Notes: generated by a model not told the origin, from the sequence alone. Shown: positions 37,386 to 46,909, counted from the first letter of the stretch. The stretch: DNA of 51,148 nucleotides from Lentisphaeria bacterium (GCA_963580095.1 CAUZJQ010000002.1:1-51148); one strand, 5' to 3'. Numbers and translations are program-made.

Positions 37386-37615
37386 CTGCCGGAAAGACCC
37401 ACACCGGCTTGTTCGAAAAACTTCGCGCCACCCTTTTTTCCACCTCATCCGTCCTGGCCGGTGCCTTGGGGCTTGCCCTTGTAGGACGCTTGCCGCTGCT
37501 CGACAGGAACTGTGCCCGAACTGGCCGCCAAGCGCCGCACGCAGATTGCTTGCTGCACCGACGCCATCGTGCTCGTCGTCACCGGCGCTCTGACGATGGA
37601 CATGCCCCAAGGAAA

Positions 37616-38680
37616 TCAGTTCATTCCAAACAGTCCCTTGCCCAAGCCGTCGGTGAGCATCTTGACGGCGCGTGCAGCATCGACATTGCCCGGGTCTTTC
37701 ACGAGGACTGCATTCATTTCCTGGCGTGCTTCGTCGAGACGCCCGAGCAAGGATAGCGCCCTGCCCTTCAGATAGCGAGCAGTGAGGCTGGAACTAAGCA
37801 GAAATGCCGCCTCGGCCGCAGCCAATGCTTCCAGACCTTTCTGCTGCTCGGCATAGATGAAGGACTTCTCCTCCAGCAGAAGCGATCGCATCTCCGGCGT
37901 CGGTTGCTGTTCCAGCGCACCTTCGATCAGTTCCAGTGCCAGCAACACGTCCTTGCGCACGAGGCGAATATAATTCAGATAAAATGCAGTCTCCGAAGGT
38001 GCCAGCTCGATAGCCCGTTGATACATCATTTCGGCAAGCTCGAAACGGTCGAGACTCTTCGCCGCATTGCCAAGGTTCCCCATCGCAACAGCACACCACT
38101 CACCGCAGGGCTCACGATCCAGGTAGTCGCGGTACGCCTGGATCGCTTCTTCGAACTGCCCTCGCTCGAACAGTGCAATGCCGCACGAGATCAACAGCGC
38201 AGCGGGCGCGCCTGCTTCCATCGCGCCACGCAGCATCTGCAGGCGTGCATCGGCGAATCCGAGCTGACGCAGAAATTCGGACTTCGCCATCCATGCATCA
38301 GCATCCTCGGGTACGGACAGCAAGCGCGTATTCAATACCGCCAGAGCGCGCCGAGCCCGCCCGAGGTTGAGCAAATTGACCGCGTAGCCAACCGGGTCGT
38401 TCTCCGGCAAATCCCAAAGGCCGAAAAATAACTCAGCCTCACCGACGCTCATACCGCAATCTGTACAACAATCATCGACCAGCAAAACACCGCAATTCAG
38501 ACAGAGTCCCGGCAACGGCACCAACGGACCTACGGGGCAAATATCGATGAATTCTTCGGCGCATTCGGCGCACCGCCAGGTGACACTGAACGCTGTTTCC
38601 ACCTCCTTCGCGAGCGGCGCAACCTGCGTCACCTCGCAGAGCGACCGGCAGTTCTGACATTTTACGGGACCCACTGACAT
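37616..38680 (-). CDS. Zinc-ribbon (4 x CxxC) plus TPR-repeat protein
   Basis: The N-terminus has CQNC, CAEC, CLNC and CTDC. The C-terminal ~250 aa show TPR-like periodicity (AxxxYxxAL/P). Confidence 0.8.
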   Translation of the reverse strand: MSVGPVKCQNCRSLCEVTQVAPLAKEVETAFSVTWRCAECAEEFIDICPVGPLVPLPGLCLNCGVLLVDDCCTDCGMSVGEAELFFGLWDLPENDPVGYAVNLLNLGRARRALAVLNTRLLSVPEDADAWMAKSEFLRQLGFADARLQMLRGAMEAGAPAALLISCGIALFERGQFEEAIQAYRDYLDREPCGEWCAVAMGNLGNAAKSLDRFELAEMMYQRAIELAPSETAFYLNYIRLVRKDVLLALELIEGALEQQPTPEMRSLLLEEKSFIYAEQQKGLEALAAAEAAFLLSSSLTARYLKGRALSLLGRLDEARQEMNAVLVKDPGNVDAARAVKMLTDGLGKGLFGMN

Positions 38681-38711
38681 GCTGATGCGGGATTCGCTAT
38701 TCGGTATGCGA

Positions 38712-39443
38712 TCAAGTTTCTATGTTCACTGAACCGATCCTGTGGCCGACGAAAAACGGTCCAAGTCGGTCTATATACTGCGCTGTCTGCTGCGTTTCAC
38801 GCATGTCCTCAACCAAACGCGACAGGGCATTGAGTTCACTGCCGACGAGGCCGATCAGAAATTCATTGTCGTTGCGGTCGAGACCGAAGCATTTCAACCG
38901 GATATCCCGTGCCAGACCAGCCTCGCCATAGCTGCGACCGAGCATGCCATGTTCAGCCAACATCATCCCACGCTCACGCGGCTCAAGCTGATAAAATGCA
39001 GGCTTGCGCCGCAACGGGTACCAGATGGCCCAGGGCCGGTCGGGATCGATCAGACGCCGCCGCGGTTGGCGCAGCAGCCAATCTTCCAGATCCGGCTCGC
39101 GGCCAGCCGCATAAGTGCGGCCAATCATCGTCAATTCAGGTATGGGCGTGAGTTTCGACAGATACTCTTTGCAAACCCGCCGCAACGGTTCGATCAAGTC
39201 GGCAGGATCCTCGGCGATAAACAAAACGGCGATCCCGGCTGGATCGCTGGCATTGGCATATACCACCGCTTCGAGGTTCGCCAGACTGAGACAATGGACA
39301 ATGTCGTGCGGTTCCTGGGTGTCGGTAAAAGCCAATAACTGGATGTAGAGCCGACGGTCGAGCTGCTGCATTTCGCCCTCGATCGGCGCGCCAGTTTCGC
39401 ACATATCCGGCGGCGGCGGCATAGGATGTGGATTTTTCGCCAT
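38712..39443 (-). CDS. Chlorite dismutase (Cld/HemQ-like) family protein
   Basis: The PWAIWYPLRRKPAFYQL, MMLAEHG and LKCFGLDRNDNEFLIGL pattern is typical of the Cld superfamily ferredoxin-like fold. Confidence 0.8.
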   Translation of the reverse strand: MAKNPHPMPPPPDMCETGAPIEGEMQQLDRRLYIQLLAFTDTQEPHDIVHCLSLANLEAVVYANASDPAGIAVLFIAEDPADLIEPLRRVCKEYLSKLTPIPELTMIGRTYAAGREPDLEDWLLRQPRRRLIDPDRPWAIWYPLRRKPAFYQLEPRERGMMLAEHGMLGRSYGEAGLARDIRLKCFGLDRNDNEFLIGLVGSELNALSRLVEDMRETQQTAQYIDRLGPFFVGHRIGSVNIET

Positions 39444-39785
39444 GTGATCACTATACTTTATTTTTGGGAAGCGACGAGTCCTTATAGTTGCGACTTCGGA
39501 TGTCCCAAGCGCCGGTCGAGCGGTACTTCTAAAGTTTGTTCGGCAACTGTAAACATATTCAAAAACGTCGGACTAAGCCGGGCACTATAGCCTCCCCTCC
39601 GTCATTCTCCTTTTTTAGCGCTCTTATCATCTCGCCAAGACAGAAAATCTGACGCTGCAGCAGATCTTTAGGATCTATTTTGACAATCTTGGCAGCAGAT
39701 GGTTTGCATGGACCCGATATCATTCTATATTGACGGTTTGCCTTTAAGTCTTCATAGACAGCCATACACAGGTTGGAGGTCACAT

Positions 39786-39995
39786 TTGAACGACGACTAT
39801 CTCAAGCAGGCGATCGAGAAAATACCAGATCGAATGATCCTCGTTGTCATCGCCTCGAAGCGCGCCAAAGAACTGGCGCGCGGTTCCTATCCCATGGTCC
39901 CTGTCGATCGACGCCAGGGTGTAAACCACCTTGATGTCGCCCTGCAGGAAATCGCCGAAGGAAAGTTGAGTTACGAAGTCGAGAAAACGGCCTGA
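39786..39995 (+). CDS. rpoZ: DNA-directed RNA polymerase subunit omega
   Basis: The core is DRMILVVIASKRAKELARG. An in-frame TTG at 39786 has GGAGG (39775-39779) at 6-nt spacing. The track ATG at 39699 would add an implausible 29-aa extension. Confidence 0.85.
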   Translation: MNDDYLKQAIEKIPDRMILVVIASKRAKELARGSYPMVPVDRRQGVNHLDVALQEIAEGKLSYEVEKTA

Positions 39996-40088
39996 CTCCC
40001 CCCCCCCTCGTTCCTGCGGCGTGCCGCCGCGGAACCTTATCCAGCCTGAGCAAACGGCACGCGAATGCCTCAAGTGTAAGGCCCCAGC

Positions 40089-41189
40089 ATGCTGATCCAG
40101 GATCAACAGGAATTTTCCGAACGTATCCGCTCAGTCATGGATCTTCCGGTCTGCTCGATCGACACGGAATTCGTCTGGCGCAAGACGTATGCACCGCGCA
40201 TCGGACTCATCCAGGTCGCCGCACCCGGCGGCATCACGTTTGCCATCGATCCGCTCGCCGTAACAGACCCCACACCGCTGGTCGAACTGCTGGCCAACCA
40301 GGGCTGCCTGAAAGTCTTTCATGCCTGCTCCCAGGACCTCGAGGTACTCTACCAGTATTGCGGACAGCTCCCGGAGCCTCTGTTCGACACGCAGTTAGCC
40401 GGAGCTATGCTCGACATGGGCTACCAGATTGGCTACGCCGACCTGGTCAATCGTTGCCTCGATATAAATATCAGCAAAGCGCAGCAGTTCACCGACTGGT
40501 GCCGCCGGCCACTCACTGTGGCACAACTCGAGTACGCCGCCAAGGAAGTCAGCCTGCTGCAGCGCTGCTATGACCATCTGCTCAATCGCCTACGTCAGCG
40601 GGATCGACTCAGCTGGGCGCTCGAAGACGCAGCCGCCCTGCTGACCAGCTTCCGTCAGCAGGTTAACGATCCGCCGCCTGCCTGGTGGCGAATTCGCGGC
40701 AGCGGCCGTTTAAACGCCCGGCAACTCGGCATCCTCAATTGCCTGGCAGAATGGCGTAACGCCCACGCCGAATCCATCGATAAACCGCCCCGCTGGATCC
40801 TCGACGACAAGACCTTGCTCGAGGTCGCACGCCGCCAGCCGGGCAACTGCAACGAACTGCTCCAACTCAATGGCATCGATGCGAAAGCCTGCCAGCGTTG
40901 GAGCAAAAAGCTGCTCGAATGCGTTGCTCACGGTCGCGAAAATCCAGTCCAGCCCACGACCAAGCGCAGACAGGGCTCGATGCACGCTGAGAGGCAACTT
41001 GTCCGCGATGCTCTCGACCGCATCAACGAGATTGCCAAAAAGCTCGGTGTCGCCACCGAAGTTGTCGCCACCAAGGTGGCCATCACCAGTTTTATACGCC
41101 ACCCTGCAGGAGACTCGCGTCTGACAAGCGGCTGGCGGAATGCGGTGATTGGCGAAATGCTCAGGGGGATGGTGCCGCCCGCCTCGTAA
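40089..41189 (+). CDS. rnd: Ribonuclease D (DEDDy 3'-5' exonuclease plus HRDC)
   Basis: Contains IDTEF, KVFHACSQDLEVL, FDTQLA, QFTDWCRRPLT, QLEYAAKEV and an HRDC-like tail. Confidence 0.9.
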   Translation: MLIQDQQEFSERIRSVMDLPVCSIDTEFVWRKTYAPRIGLIQVAAPGGITFAIDPLAVTDPTPLVELLANQGCLKVFHACSQDLEVLYQYCGQLPEPLFDTQLAGAMLDMGYQIGYADLVNRCLDINISKAQQFTDWCRRPLTVAQLEYAAKEVSLLQRCYDHLLNRLRQRDRLSWALEDAAALLTSFRQQVNDPPPAWWRIRGSGRLNARQLGILNCLAEWRNAHAESIDKPPRWILDDKTLLEVARRQPGNCNELLQLNGIDAKACQRWSKKLLECVAHGRENPVQPTTKRRQGSMHAERQLVRDALDRINEIAKKLGVATEVVATKVAITSFIRHPAGDSRLTSGWRNAVIGEMLRGMVPPAS

Positions 41190-41251
41190 CGCCGGCGAAC
41201 CAGGCGCCCGGCACGCCGCATTGCTGTAAGGTTACATGCTTGAAAGCTTAT

Positions 41252-41267
41252 ATGTCCAATTGGACAT
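41252..41267. promoter_or_regulatory. Perfect 16-bp palindrome ATGTCCAATTGGACAT (candidate operator)
   Basis: Read directly from the sequence. It lies in the spacer between rnd and the Lys-rich protein gene, at the edge of an AT-rich tract. Confidence 0.35.
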
Positions 41268-41535
41268 CTTGTATACATCGCCCTCACATTGTTGAATATT
41301 CCGACCATTGGTCGCCCGTGAACAGACACCGGTTGTGGCAAATCCGGTCTTTTTTCTTTTTATTTATTGCTCTGCATTGTAAAAGTAGTTTTTTTTGATA
41401 TATGTACGGGGCCAAATCAGAGTTGGATTTGCCGGATTTTTTGCCGTAACTCTTTTCTTTTAAGCGATTTACGGCATATAAAACCACACCCGTCTTTAGA
41501 AAAAAAATCTGCCAAATTGACTCAGGGAGACCATC

Positions 41536-42573
41536 ATGGCTAATCTACTTTATGTGACAGCTGAAGCACTGGAACATCTTGGCGTCCATCCCGCGGTGCA
41601 GTTCTGGGGGCCGATTGTCAACAATTTTCCAATGCGTAACGTGCCGATCGAGGAGCGAGCCTTCCATCCGCGCGATATCGAGCCCCAAACTGAATATATC
41701 TATCTGACGACAGACATGAAGTTTGCGTACTCCCGCGACAATATGATCAGCTTCCTATATCCCGATCAGGACTTGTCCTTCCGCTTTACCGCCAGCGAGG
41801 GCATCATCCGTACCCTCGACGGCAAGCAGTTCACCGCCATTATTGGCTGCATCGGCAAGGTCATTTCGACATCGCAGGTCGAACTGCTTGATAAAGACAA
41901 GGTTTATCACCCACTTTTCGACAGCGGCTTCACCGCCATGCCAAAGACCCCGGTGGCTCACAAGCTGCCGCCCGTACCGCCGACGCGACCGGCACCCGGC
42001 TCGCCTGCCGCTATAGCCGCGAGCAAGAAGGCCGCCAAAGCGGAAAGCTCGAAAGCTGCTGCAGAATCTGCCAAGAAGGCCGCCCCCCCGACGAAGGGAA
42101 AGAAAAAAAGCAAGAAAAAGGCTGACCTAATTTTCGGCAAGTACGACGAAGCCCTGTGCGAGATGATCATCGAATTCCGCCTGAGCTCCAAGAAAAGTTA
42201 CGGCTATCTCGAAGAAAAGTACGACATGCCGGAAGCTGATCTCAAGCGGCTCTTTACCATGCAGCATCTGCGCACGGACCGCCCGAACGCCTCACTGAAG
42301 GAACTCGAGAACTCGATGGGCGAAGCAACCCCGTCGAAACGCGGCCGCAAGCCCAAAGCCAAACCCGCCGCAGACGCGAACAGTAAGAAGAAGGCGAAAT
42401 CGGATGATCTATCCAAGTACTCCGCCGACGTGCAGAAACAGATCATCCACATGAAAAAAGTCTCCAAGAAGAGCTACCGATACGTTGCCCAGAAGTTCAA
42501 GGTGCCGATCGACGCCGTCCATCGCATCTGCTCACAGAACCTCAAACGCCCGCGTAAGTCGGTAAAACGTTAG
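41536..42573 (+). CDS. Lys/Ala-rich putative DNA-binding protein with an internal duplicated module
   Basis: GGGAGA SD is present. The protein has an N-terminal globular ~150 aa, a histone-H1-like tract (AASKKAAKAESSKAAAESAKKAAPPTKGKKKSKKK), a KRGRKPKAK element, and two copies of a KKSY.Y...K...P module. Confidence 0.75.
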   Translation: MANLLYVTAEALEHLGVHPAVQFWGPIVNNFPMRNVPIEERAFHPRDIEPQTEYIYLTTDMKFAYSRDNMISFLYPDQDLSFRFTASEGIIRTLDGKQFTAIIGCIGKVISTSQVELLDKDKVYHPLFDSGFTAMPKTPVAHKLPPVPPTRPAPGSPAAIAASKKAAKAESSKAAAESAKKAAPPTKGKKKSKKKADLIFGKYDEALCEMIIEFRLSSKKSYGYLEEKYDMPEADLKRLFTMQHLRTDRPNASLKELENSMGEATPSKRGRKPKAKPAADANSKKKAKSDDLSKYSADVQKQIIHMKKVSKKSYRYVAQKFKVPIDAVHRICSQNLKRPRKSVKR

Positions 42574-43932
42574 GTGATCGTGCCCGGCGGCCGGAGAGCA
42601 TCGCAGCACACAGAATCACGCAGACGCGCCGCCAACCGCGCCAGAACATGTGCCACGGTGGTGCATCAACAGTTCCGGATCGTGATCGAGACCGGCAAAC
42701 CCGCCGATCGTATCCTTGCCGCCTTCTTCCGGCAGAATCGCAAGTTCGGCAGCACCGACCGGCGTCTCATCAGCGCATTGTATTTCGCACTCTTCCGCTG
42801 GTGGGGGTGGTTGCGGGATATACTGCCCGATCCAACCAAACCGATCGACCCGCATGCACCAGCGGGATTGGCCGTGCTCTACGGCGCCTGCCTACTTGAC
42901 GACGTGCCGGCTTCGTCCATCCTGCCCATCTGGCGGGACGAATTAAAGCACGACTACGACTTGCCAAAAGTAACCCCGCAGCGGACAGATTCTCTTGTGC
43001 AGTCCGCCAAATCGCTGTCCCGTTTTTTTCGAATGGTTCCCGACTCTTTACAACCGCGATCGCTCCTGCCGGAATGGATCTGGGATAACCTGCCGGCAAA
43101 TTGCGACCATGACCGCCTGCTGGCAATCTGCCAGCAACGGCCGCCGCTCTGGCTGCGAGCCCAGGGGGGCAGCCGCGAGGCGCTGGTTACAGACCTGAAG
43201 GCCCACGGTTTCAATCCGCAGATTTCCGAGACTGTTGATGCAGCCCTGGCCCTGCGCGGCGACCGGCCCAACCTCAACGAACTTCCGGAGTTCACGGCCG
43301 GACGATTTGAAGTTCAAGACTTGGCATCCCAGGTCATTGGCCTCGCCTGCGCAGCCGAACCGAAACAACGGTGGTGGGATGCCTGTGCCGGTGCCGGCGG
43401 CAAATCCCTGCAACTCGCCTCGATGATGGCCAATACGGGCACCGTCGTCGCCACGGATATTCGCGAATATAAATTGTTGGACCTCAAGAAACGTAGCCGT
43501 CGGTCAAATTTCCACAACATCCGGACACGGGCCTGGAAGGGCCGCGCCATTCCCGTACAAGCGGCCAATTTCGACGGCGTCTTGGTCGACGCACCGTGCA
43601 CATGTAGCGGCACTTGGCGGAGAAGCCCGGATGCGCGCTGGACCAGACCAGCCAGTGAAGTCAAAAAAATAGCTGAACTGCAGATCGACATCCTCCAGCG
43701 AGCTGCTGCCGGTGTTCGGCCAGGCGGCTGCCTGGTATATGCAACGTGCTCCTTGTGCACCGGGGAAAACGAAACGGTTGTCCAGCAGTTGCTGGAAACC
43801 AACAGCGCGTTCACCTTGGATCCGACACCCCACCCGCTCACCGGCGAAGCGACCGACGGCACAATTCGCGTTTGGCCATACGACGCCGACTGCGACGGTG
43901 TATTTGTCGCCCGTCTGCGCCGCACCCAGTAG
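42574..43932 (+). CDS. NOL1/NOP2/Sun-family RNA (cytosine-C5) methyltransferase, RsmB-like
   Basis: Contains FEVQDLASQ, DACAGAGGKS, VLVDAPCTCSGTWRR, LVYATCSL and ENE. The start is uncertain (GTG at 42574, or GTG at 42658/42661). Confidence 0.9.
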   Translation: MIVPGGRRASQHTESRRRAANRARTCATVVHQQFRIVIETGKPADRILAAFFRQNRKFGSTDRRLISALYFALFRWWGWLRDILPDPTKPIDPHAPAGLAVLYGACLLDDVPASSILPIWRDELKHDYDLPKVTPQRTDSLVQSAKSLSRFFRMVPDSLQPRSLLPEWIWDNLPANCDHDRLLAICQQRPPLWLRAQGGSREALVTDLKAHGFNPQISETVDAALALRGDRPNLNELPEFTAGRFEVQDLASQVIGLACAAEPKQRWWDACAGAGGKSLQLASMMANTGTVVATDIREYKLLDLKKRSRRSNFHNIRTRAWKGRAIPVQAANFDGVLVDAPCTCSGTWRRSPDARWTRPASEVKKIAELQIDILQRAAAGVRPGGCLVYATCSLCTGENETVVQQLLETNSAFTLDPTPHPLTGEATDGTIRVWPYDADCDGVFVARLRRTQ

Positions 43933-44653
43933 CGGAAAAATCGCTGGGCTGTCGTCTCGGCGTGCAATCTTTCTTCGAACCGCAGCAACAACCGCACTGG
44001 GAAACCTTTAGCGGAAGTGTATATCCGCGGTTGCTTCTCACCTGCGCAAGGAGGTTGCGTGGGCTCTACAAGCCAATCGCAATGTCATCCATTTTTGCTT
44101 CAAGTTGATTTGGTGAAGATTGTATTTGACCGGTCCCATGGTAACGTTACCGTGCTCTGTTAAGGAAGGCTTGACTGCCATCCAGCCGTTATTTCATTCC
44201 TCACCCACCGGGTTCGGACTTGATGGCATCCGGCATACCGCAGTGGCTCTCACGTGCGCGCGGAACGGTAACAGACTATTTTCTCACGGGCAAGCCAGGT
44301 AAAAGTTCTCGGCTGATGCCCACTTGAGACTGAGTTGTTGGACCGCGTCTTCAAAAGCGACGTGGATCCGTGTCAATATTTATGAAAAAATCGTCCATGC
44401 CATCCATTAAAACCATGCCTGCACCGGTTACGATTAACGCGACTGAACCACGTGGCGAAGTAAGCGGACAGAAGATCCGGGTAAATACTTTTGCCAAGGC
44501 CCGAAACCTGCCGGTGCACGATGCACCGACGGTGTGCCCCAAAAGCGTGGGCATTGCGTCCACGCTCACTGATCATTCCCGGCACCTGTCCAATCTCTGC
44601 CGCGAGCCGCAAATCGCGTGAACAGGGAAACACAGTCAAAAAATCGCCGCCGT

Positions 44654-44899
44654 ATGAACACAAGCATTCAGCTATCGGTGATGATTATTTGTATCGCGGT
44701 CGCTGCGCGCCGAGGTTTTCAACTATCGGACGACCATGTTGCCGGGGCCCTGATTGGCGGCTTTGTTGGACTGCTCGTCGGGTTGATCGCCAGCGGCATC
44801 ATCCTGACTGTCGAACAACTCATTCCGAATCACCCCCTCCGGCGGATACGGGCAGGCATGGAATTGGTTTTCTCGTCGAAAGACAGGAGCGAAAAGTGA
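44654..44899 (+). CDS. Small two-TM membrane protein
   Basis: Contains MNTSIQLSVMIICIAVAA and GALIGGFVGLLVGLIASGIILTV. Its stop lies 2 nt before the ogt ATG. Confidence 0.45.
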   Translation: MNTSIQLSVMIICIAVAARRGFQLSDDHVAGALIGGFVGLLVGLIASGIILTVEQLIPNHPLRRIRAGMELVFSSKDRSEK

Positions 44900-44901
44900 A
44901 A

Positions 44902-45438
44902 ATGACAATCTCCCACGGTTCACCGATCGGCCCGATCTCCATCACCTGGGATTCGGAGACTACGACGATTGACCGTATCGGCATCGGGGACCGAGCTGCC
45001 CCCGCCACCAGGTGCACGTCGGAGAAGGCTTCAGCACCTGCCTCTGTTACAGTGCTGCAGCGACAGCTCGAGGCGTATTTCACCGATGCAAACCTTACGT
45101 TCACACTCGAAGGTTTACCGCTGAACGGTCTCACGGCATTCCAGCGCCGTGTCGTTGATTGCGTGTGTATCATCCCCTCGGGACAGACACGATCATACGC
45201 CGAAATAGCCGCCGAAGCCGGTTCTCCAGGCGCCGCCAGGGCTGTCGGCCGGGTAATGGCGCACAACCGCTACCCCATAGTTATTCCGTGCCATCGCGTG
45301 ATAACCAGCAGCGGCGGACTCGGCGGCTACACCGGCGGCTTGAAAATAAAACGATCCCTACTATCTTCCGAGTGTGAACAGGCGTTCACTCTCACCCCCG
45401 AATTCGCCGCGTCTCGCACGCTGGCTTTGACCATTTGA
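44902..45438 (+). CDS. ogt: Methylated-DNA--protein-cysteine methyltransferase
   Basis: The active site is IVIPCHRVI, preceded by FQRRV and SYAEIA. The ATG at 44902 is preferred; the long upstream track extension (from 44491) is Arg/Cys-rich and implausible. Confidence 0.9.
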   Translation: MTISHGSPIGPISITWDSETTTIDRIGIGDRAAPATRCTSEKASAPASVTVLQRQLEAYFTDANLTFTLEGLPLNGLTAFQRRVVDCVCIIPSGQTRSYAEIAAEAGSPGAARAVGRVMAHNRYPIVIPCHRVITSSGGLGGYTGGLKIKRSLLSSECEQAFTLTPEFAASRTLALTI

Positions 45439-45456
45439 CGATCCTTGTGTACTGGT

Positions 45457-46236
45457 ATGGATGATGAAAAACTGATCATCGGCGGCAAGCACTTCAAGTC
45501 ACGTCTGTTCGTCGGCACGGGTAAATACGACAGCATGGAGGCTATGGCTGCCAGTATTGCGGCAGCAGGGACCGAGATGGTCACCGTCGCCATCCGCCGG
45601 GTCAACCTCAGCGACCCCGAGAAGAACCTGCTGAATCACCTAGATTTTAGCGCTTATCATTTCCTGCCGAACACCGCCGGGGCCAGGAACGCGGAGGAGG
45701 CCATTCGCACGGCCAAACTTGGCCGTGCCGCCAGCGAGCAGGACTTCGTCAAGCTGGAAGTCATCCCCGACCCGAAATATCTGTTGCCCGACGGGCCGGA
45801 GACACTGAAGGCCGCCAGGGCCTTGGTCAAAGAAGGATTTGTCGTGCTGCCCTACATCCAGGCCGACCCGATTCTGGCATTGCAGCTCGAAGAAGCCGGC
45901 ACCGCCACTGTCATGCCGCTGGGCTCGCCGATCGGCAGCAATCGCGGTATTCTGATGCGCGCCAATATTGAGATTATCATTGAGCAGGCCTCCATTCCTG
46001 TCGTGGTCGACGCTGGACTCGGCAAACCATCGCACGCCGCCGAAGCGATGGAGATGGGGGCGGATGCCGTTTTGGTCAATACTGCGATCGCCCGTGCCGG
46101 TGATCCGGTTCGGATGGCGCGCGGTTTCAAGCTTGCAGTGGAAGCTGGGCGCCAGGGCTACCTGTCGGTGCCGTCAACGCCCTTGCAGATAGCCGCAGCA
46201 TCAAGCCCTATAGAGGGCGTTGTCGGACGGAATTAG
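45457..46236 (+). CDS. thiG: Thiazole synthase
   Basis: Contains SRLFVGTGKY, LPNTAG, VKLEVI.DPKYLLPD, VMPLGSPIGSN.G and VLVNTAIA. Confidence 0.95.
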   Translation: MDDEKLIIGGKHFKSRLFVGTGKYDSMEAMAASIAAAGTEMVTVAIRRVNLSDPEKNLLNHLDFSAYHFLPNTAGARNAEEAIRTAKLGRAASEQDFVKLEVIPDPKYLLPDGPETLKAARALVKEGFVVLPYIQADPILALQLEEAGTATVMPLGSPIGSNRGILMRANIEIIIEQASIPVVVDAGLGKPSHAAEAMEMGADAVLVNTAIARAGDPVRMARGFKLAVEAGRQGYLSVPSTPLQIAAASSPIEGVVGRN

Positions 46237-46240
46237 CACT

Positions 46241-46909
46241 GTGGGTTCTCATCTAGAAAGCGTCCATGCCTCGCGCGTCCAGCGCTTTAGTGGCATCGAC
46301 CTGTACCCGGTTACGACCGAGGACCTGTCGGCCGGCCGCTCGGATTTGGAAATCCTGGAAGCCGTCATCGCCGGCGGCGTCCGCATCGTGCAATTGCGCG
46401 ACAAAAAATCGTCGATGCGACGCCTGTATGAGAAAGCACTGCAATTTCGTGCACTGACGCAAGCGCACGAGGTTCTTTTGATAATCAACGATCACGTAGA
46501 TATCGCGATCGCCATCGATGCGGATGGCGTACACCTGGGGCAGGACGACCTGCCTCTGCCCGTGGCGCGGCAGATGATCCCTGACAAGATCATCGGGCGC
46601 TCGACGCACTCGCTGGCGGAGGCACAGGAAGCGGTGCGAGAAGGCGCCGACTACATCAATATCGGTCCGATCTATCCGACCGGAACGAAGGACGGCCTCC
46701 ACACCTTCCTCGGACCGGAAGCGATAGCCGAGATCGCACCACAGATCGATCTGCCGTTCACCGTCATGGGTGGCATAAAACTGACCAATGTCGAAGAATT
46801 GCTGGACGCCGGCGCCCGACGTATTGCCGTAGTCACCGCCGTCACGCAAGCCGACGACATCACTGACGCTGTGAAAACGTGGCGCCGAAAAATCGGCACC
46901 GCCCCCTGA
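46241..46909 (+). CDS. thiE: Thiamine-phosphate synthase
   Basis: Contains LYPVT, VQLRDK, LIINDHVDIA, DGVHLGQDD, GRSTHS and GPIYPTGTK. The start is GTG at 46241 or TTG at 46220, which overlaps the thiG end. Confidence 0.9.
   Translation: MGSHLESVHASRVQRFSGIDLYPVTTEDLSAGRSDLEILEAVIAGGVRIVQLRDKKSSMRRLYEKALQFRALTQAHEVLLIINDHVDIAIAIDADGVHLGQDDLPLPVARQMIPDKIIGRSTHSLAEAQEAVREGADYINIGPIYPTGTKDGLHTFLGPEAIAEIAPQIDLPFTVMGGIKLTNVEELLDAGARRIAVVTAVTQADDITDAVKTWRRKIGTAP

Noticed and set aside
37386-37615. Possible small genes in the GC-rich convergent spacer between epmA and the TPR gene. These include a TTG-started hydrophobic ORF from 37409 and a 53-aa minus-strand ORF from 37603.
   Set aside because: Several frames are open, as expected for GC-rich DNA. 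There is no SD, no motif and no terminator logic. The evidence is insufficient.
44150-44300. Possible cobalamin or TPP riboswitch, RNase P, SRP or tmRNA elements. The cues were GCCACTG, AAGTCCGAAC and GGGTTCGGAC-like strings.
   Set aside because: These are only isolated short matches. The flanking conserved cores are absent. These include GGTG.AA..CC and CCCGC.ACTG for B12, CTGAGA and CTGG.TAATGCC for TPP, GAGGAAAGTCCGGGC for RNase P, and a T-arm stem for tmRNA. No downstream minus-strand gene exists for a riboswitch to control.
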